Shown piece after piece: positions 29,646 through 32,000 of a DNA stretch of 32,000 bases. The translations under genes were made by a program, and so were the position numbers. Within the stretch, counting starts at the first letter, position 1. The number at the start of each line of letters is the position of its first letter. The notes under the pieces were generated by a model. It had not been told where the DNA came from and searched no databases. It was given only the letters and a program-made list of their open reading frames with translations. Source of the stretch: Phosphitispora fastidiosa (lineage in GTDB: Bacteria; Bacillota; Thermincolia; Thermincolales; UBA2595); the NCBI RefSeq assembly GCF_019008365.1, contig NZ_JAHHUL010000007.1:112362-144361 (forward strand), in the 5' to 3' direction.

Positions 29646-32000
29646 TTGAACATTTTTTTAAGCTACGGGCATGATGAATACTCAAAGCTGGCCAGGAGGA
29701 TTAAGGCCGATCTGGAAGTAGAGGGGTATCACGTGTGGTATGACGAGGAGAAGATCAAGAATACCCATGATTGGGAGATTTCCATTGAAAAAGGTATTAC
29801 CCTGTCAGATTGGGTAGTTGTTCTGATGACCCCGCACTCAATGCGGCGCCCTGACGGGTATTGCCTGGACGAGCTGAGCTTTGCCCGTTTTCAGGGAAAA
29901 CCGATCGCTCCCCTAATGGCCCAAAATGTAGTACCGCCGCTATGTATTGCCAGGCTCCAGTGGCTGGATATGCAGAGGTGTTTCGACCAGAATACGGGAG
30001 AAATCAATGAACCGGTATATGCAGAGAAATACCAGGCCATATTGAAGGCAGTCAGGGGCGAGTTTCAACTGGGGTTCGAGGGTGAACTGGCCACTCTTCG
30101 GGATATTCTGAGGCCGCTTGATAATGATGTGGAGATTGACCACAGAATTAGGAATTTTACCGGGCGGGAGTGGGTATTTGAAGCTTTTCGCAACTGGCTG
30201 GAACATGATTCATCCAGGGTTTATTGGATACAGGGGAAAACAGGGGTGGGGAAAACAGCCCTGGCCGCTAAACTGTGCCACCAGGAGCCATCAGTGGTTG
30301 GGGCTCATTTCTGTAAATATAATGACAGCACCAGGTCTGACCCTAAACGGGCCATATGTTCCCTGGCCTACACCCTTGCTACACAGGTGCCGGGATATAT
30401 GCAGAGACTGATAGAAGACAAAGAGTCAAAAAAAATTGACGAAATGAATCCAGCAGCCCTATTTACATACCTGTTGGTGGAAAAACTGAATAAAGTAATT
30501 CCGCCCCGGGGACGAAAAGTCCTCGTAATTGATGCTCTTGACGAGTCAGAGATGCAGAGCCAGAACGGTTTGGCAGACATATTGGCTTCCCAGGGTGAAA
30601 CTCTGCCCAAATGGCTGGGGATAGTAATTACCAGCAGGCCGGAATCCCGGCTGCTGAGGGTTTTTTCAGGTTTGCGCACGCCACTGATAATGGAATATGA
30701 TGATGCCAGAAACATTAGGGACATAAGGGAGTTTCTAAACAAAAAACTAACTGCATTCGGGGATGCAGCCCAGGTCCCGGGAGCGGTTGATAAGCTGGTG
30801 AGTAAAAGCCAGGGGAATTTCCGGTATATTGAGACGGTATTGAAGGAATTTGAGAAAGGCACCATGGATTTGACCAGGGTTGATGAATACCCCGAAGGAT
30901 TAAACGGGGTATATACACTCTTGTTTGAGAGGCAGTTTCCTGACATTGAGAAATATGCAGGAAATCACCGGAGATTGTTTGAACTGATTGCAGCTACTGT
31001 GGAACCACTGGAAACCAAAATGGTTGAGAAAATACTGGGCAGGGATTATGAGGTCGATAAAACAGTGCTGTCCCTGGGGTCCCTGTTTGATTCAAGCAAA
31101 GGCAGAATTGAGCCCTTTCATAAAAGTGTTATCGAGTGGCTTATGGATCTTTATAAGAGCGGTGAATACAGGGTAAGAGTAAATAAGGGACACGAAGCTC
31201 TGGCCAGGCATGGGTTAAAAGAATACCAAAGGGGCCTGAAAAAAATGTCCCCCTATCTGAGGGACCACCTGCCGGTTCATCTGGAACGCCTGATAGATGA
31301 GGCTATTGAAGACGGGGATATTGACATGGAACATTTTAGCCATATGGAAGAAGTGTGCCGCAATCTTGCTGATAATGCATATAAAAGGAAACGTTATTCT
31401 ATTGCTGGGCAGGGTTATGCTGTTGCATTAAGGGCGGGTCAGGAATTGCTAAAAAATGAGTCAGGGAATGTCGGACATTTGAAGCTTGTCTTAGAGACCG
31501 CTTATTGTGCGGGTAGGTGCTGGAAGGCTTACGGCAGCTTAAGTGGTGCTTTACCTTACTATCATGAGGCTGAAGACATATTGAAAAAACTGTGTGAAAT
31601 GGAACCTGAAAACAAAGATTATTTGAAAAGTTATTCAAAAAACTGTACAGAATTAGGTGATATCTATCGTTCTTTGGGTAACCGGGTGAAAGCCCAGAAA
31701 TATTACGAGAAATCGCTGGCTATTGATGAGGCCCTGGTTGAGCTAGACCCTGACAGTGCGGAATATAGGCGGGGCGTGTCTGTAAGCTATGAAAGACTGG
31801 GAGACTATCACGAAAGCCAGGGAAACGGCGCGAAGGCCCTGGAATATTACCAAAAATCGCTGGCTATTGATGAGACCCTGGTAGAGCTTGATCCTGACAG
31901 TGCGGATTACCGGCGGGACCTGTCTGTAAGCTATAACAAACTGGGAGATTATCACAAAAGCCAGGGTAACGGCGCGAAGGCCCTGGAATATTACGAAAAA
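29646..32000 (+). CDS. TIR-STAND (NACHT-like)-TPR protein, paralogue of 15170-18049; 3' end outside the window
   Basis: This ORF is not in the track because it has no stop inside the window. I translated it by hand: TTG at 29646 lies 7 nt after GGGAGG, giving NIFLSYGHDEYSKLARRIKADLEVEGYHVWYDEEKI...CLDELSFA. Walker A is GKTGVGKTAL, Walker B VLVIDALDES, plus ITSRPES. The frame stayed open to 32000 across 30360-31709 (translated codon by codon), and the start and final 300 nt read in frame; 29900-30360 was read less carefully. It ends in TPR-type repeats. Confidence 0.85.
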   Translation, partial: MNIFLSYGHDEYSKLARRIKADLEVEGYHVWYDEEKIKNTHDWEISIEKGITLSDWVVVLMTPHSMRRPDGYCLDELSFARFQGKPIAPLMAQNVVPPLCIARLQWLDMQRCFDQNTGEINEPVYAEKYQAILKAVRGEFQLGFEGELATLRDILRPLDNDVEIDHRIRNFTGREWVFEAFRNWLEHDSSRVYWIQGKTGVGKTALAAKLCHQEPSVVGAHFCKYNDSTRSDPKRAICSLAYTLATQVPGYMQRLIEDKESKKIDEMNPAALFTYLLVEKLNKVIPPRGRKVLVIDALDESEMQSQNGLADILASQGETLPKWLGIVITSRPESRLLRVFSGLRTPLIMEYDDARNIRDIREFLNKKLTAFGDAAQVPGAVDKLVSKSQGNFRYIETVLKEFEKGTMDLTRVDEYPEGLNGVYTLLFERQFPDIEKYAGNHRRLFELIAATVEPLETKMVEKILGRDYEVDKTVLSLGSLFDSSKGRIEPFHKSVIEWLMDLYKSGEYRVRVNKGHEALARHGLKEYQRGLKKMSPYLRDHLPVHLERLIDEAIEDGDIDMEHFSHMEEVCRNLADNAYKRKRYSIAGQGYAVALRAGQELLKNESGNVGHLKLVLETAYCAGRCWKAYGSLSGALPYYHEAEDILKKLCEMEPENKDYLKSYSKNCTELGDIYRSLGNRVKAQKYYEKSLAIDEALVELDPDSAEYRRGVSVSYERLGDYHESQGNGAKALEYYQKSLAIDETLVELDPDSADYRRDLSVSYNKLGDYHKSQGNGAKALEYYEK
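31701..32000 (+). repeat. Tandem 144-bp (48-aa) coding repeats in the TPR sensor region
   Basis: Units starting at 31701, 31845 and 31989 (TATTAC...ATCGCTGGCTATTGATGAG...) are ~85% identical at the DNA level by eye. A more diverged unit lies upstream from ~31560. Confidence 0.8.

Noticed and set aside
30368-30946. 192-aa minus-strand ORF, and plus-strand ORFs at 30118-30411 and 30988-31176
   Set aside because: They lie inside the hand-translated TIR-STAND-TPR gene (frame of 29646), which aligns with the paralogue at 15170-18049. They are therefore out-of-frame or antisense artefacts.
1-32000. CRISPR arrays, rRNA genes and additional tRNAs
   Set aside because: I saw no regularly spaced short direct repeats with unique spacers. 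No rRNA-like conserved strings or further cloverleaf candidates appeared on either strand.

Overview
The window looks like chromosome from an anaerobic Firmicute, possibly Clostridia or Peptococcaceae-like. That guess rests only on strong GGAGG-type ribosome-binding sites, frequent TTG starts, and AOR/FmdE/queuosine genes. The first ~8.5 kb is housekeeping: fetAB-like iron-export ABC transporter, tungsten-type aldehyde:ferredoxin oxidoreductase plus a MoaD-like protein behind a long structured leader, queD-queC, plsC, an FmdE-family protein, then tRNA-Leu(GAG). Directly after the tRNA the sequence becomes visibly more AT-rich, and a co-directional 8-gene cluster follows (9135-20641). It encodes a TIR protein, a SAM methyltransferase, a membrane Rossmann(TrkA-N-like) protein with tandem RyR domains, a SLOG-SLATT membrane protein, a TIR-STAND(NACHT-like)-TPR protein, an MBL-fold hydrolase, an IMPase-family gene broken by one in-frame TAA, and a WYL regulator. 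An IS110-family element comes next, then a secreted zinc-phospholipase-C-like protein and a 722-aa helical-repeat protein. A second related module follows: on the minus strand, a Tam-like methyltransferase, a small HD alarmone-hydrolase-like gene, and an 864-aa RelA/SpoT-helical-SLOG-RyR fusion. Diverging from it is a second TIR-STAND-TPR paralogue that runs off the window end and is absent from the ORF track. I read the two modules as candidate nucleotide-signalling conflict (antiphage) systems; I do not know these combinations as characterised systems. Secondary leads are an in-frame UGA with a SECIS-like hairpin in a thioredoxin-like gene coupled to queC, and a possible Moco/Tuco riboswitch upstream of aor. 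All domain calls come from motif recognition by eye; no searches were run.
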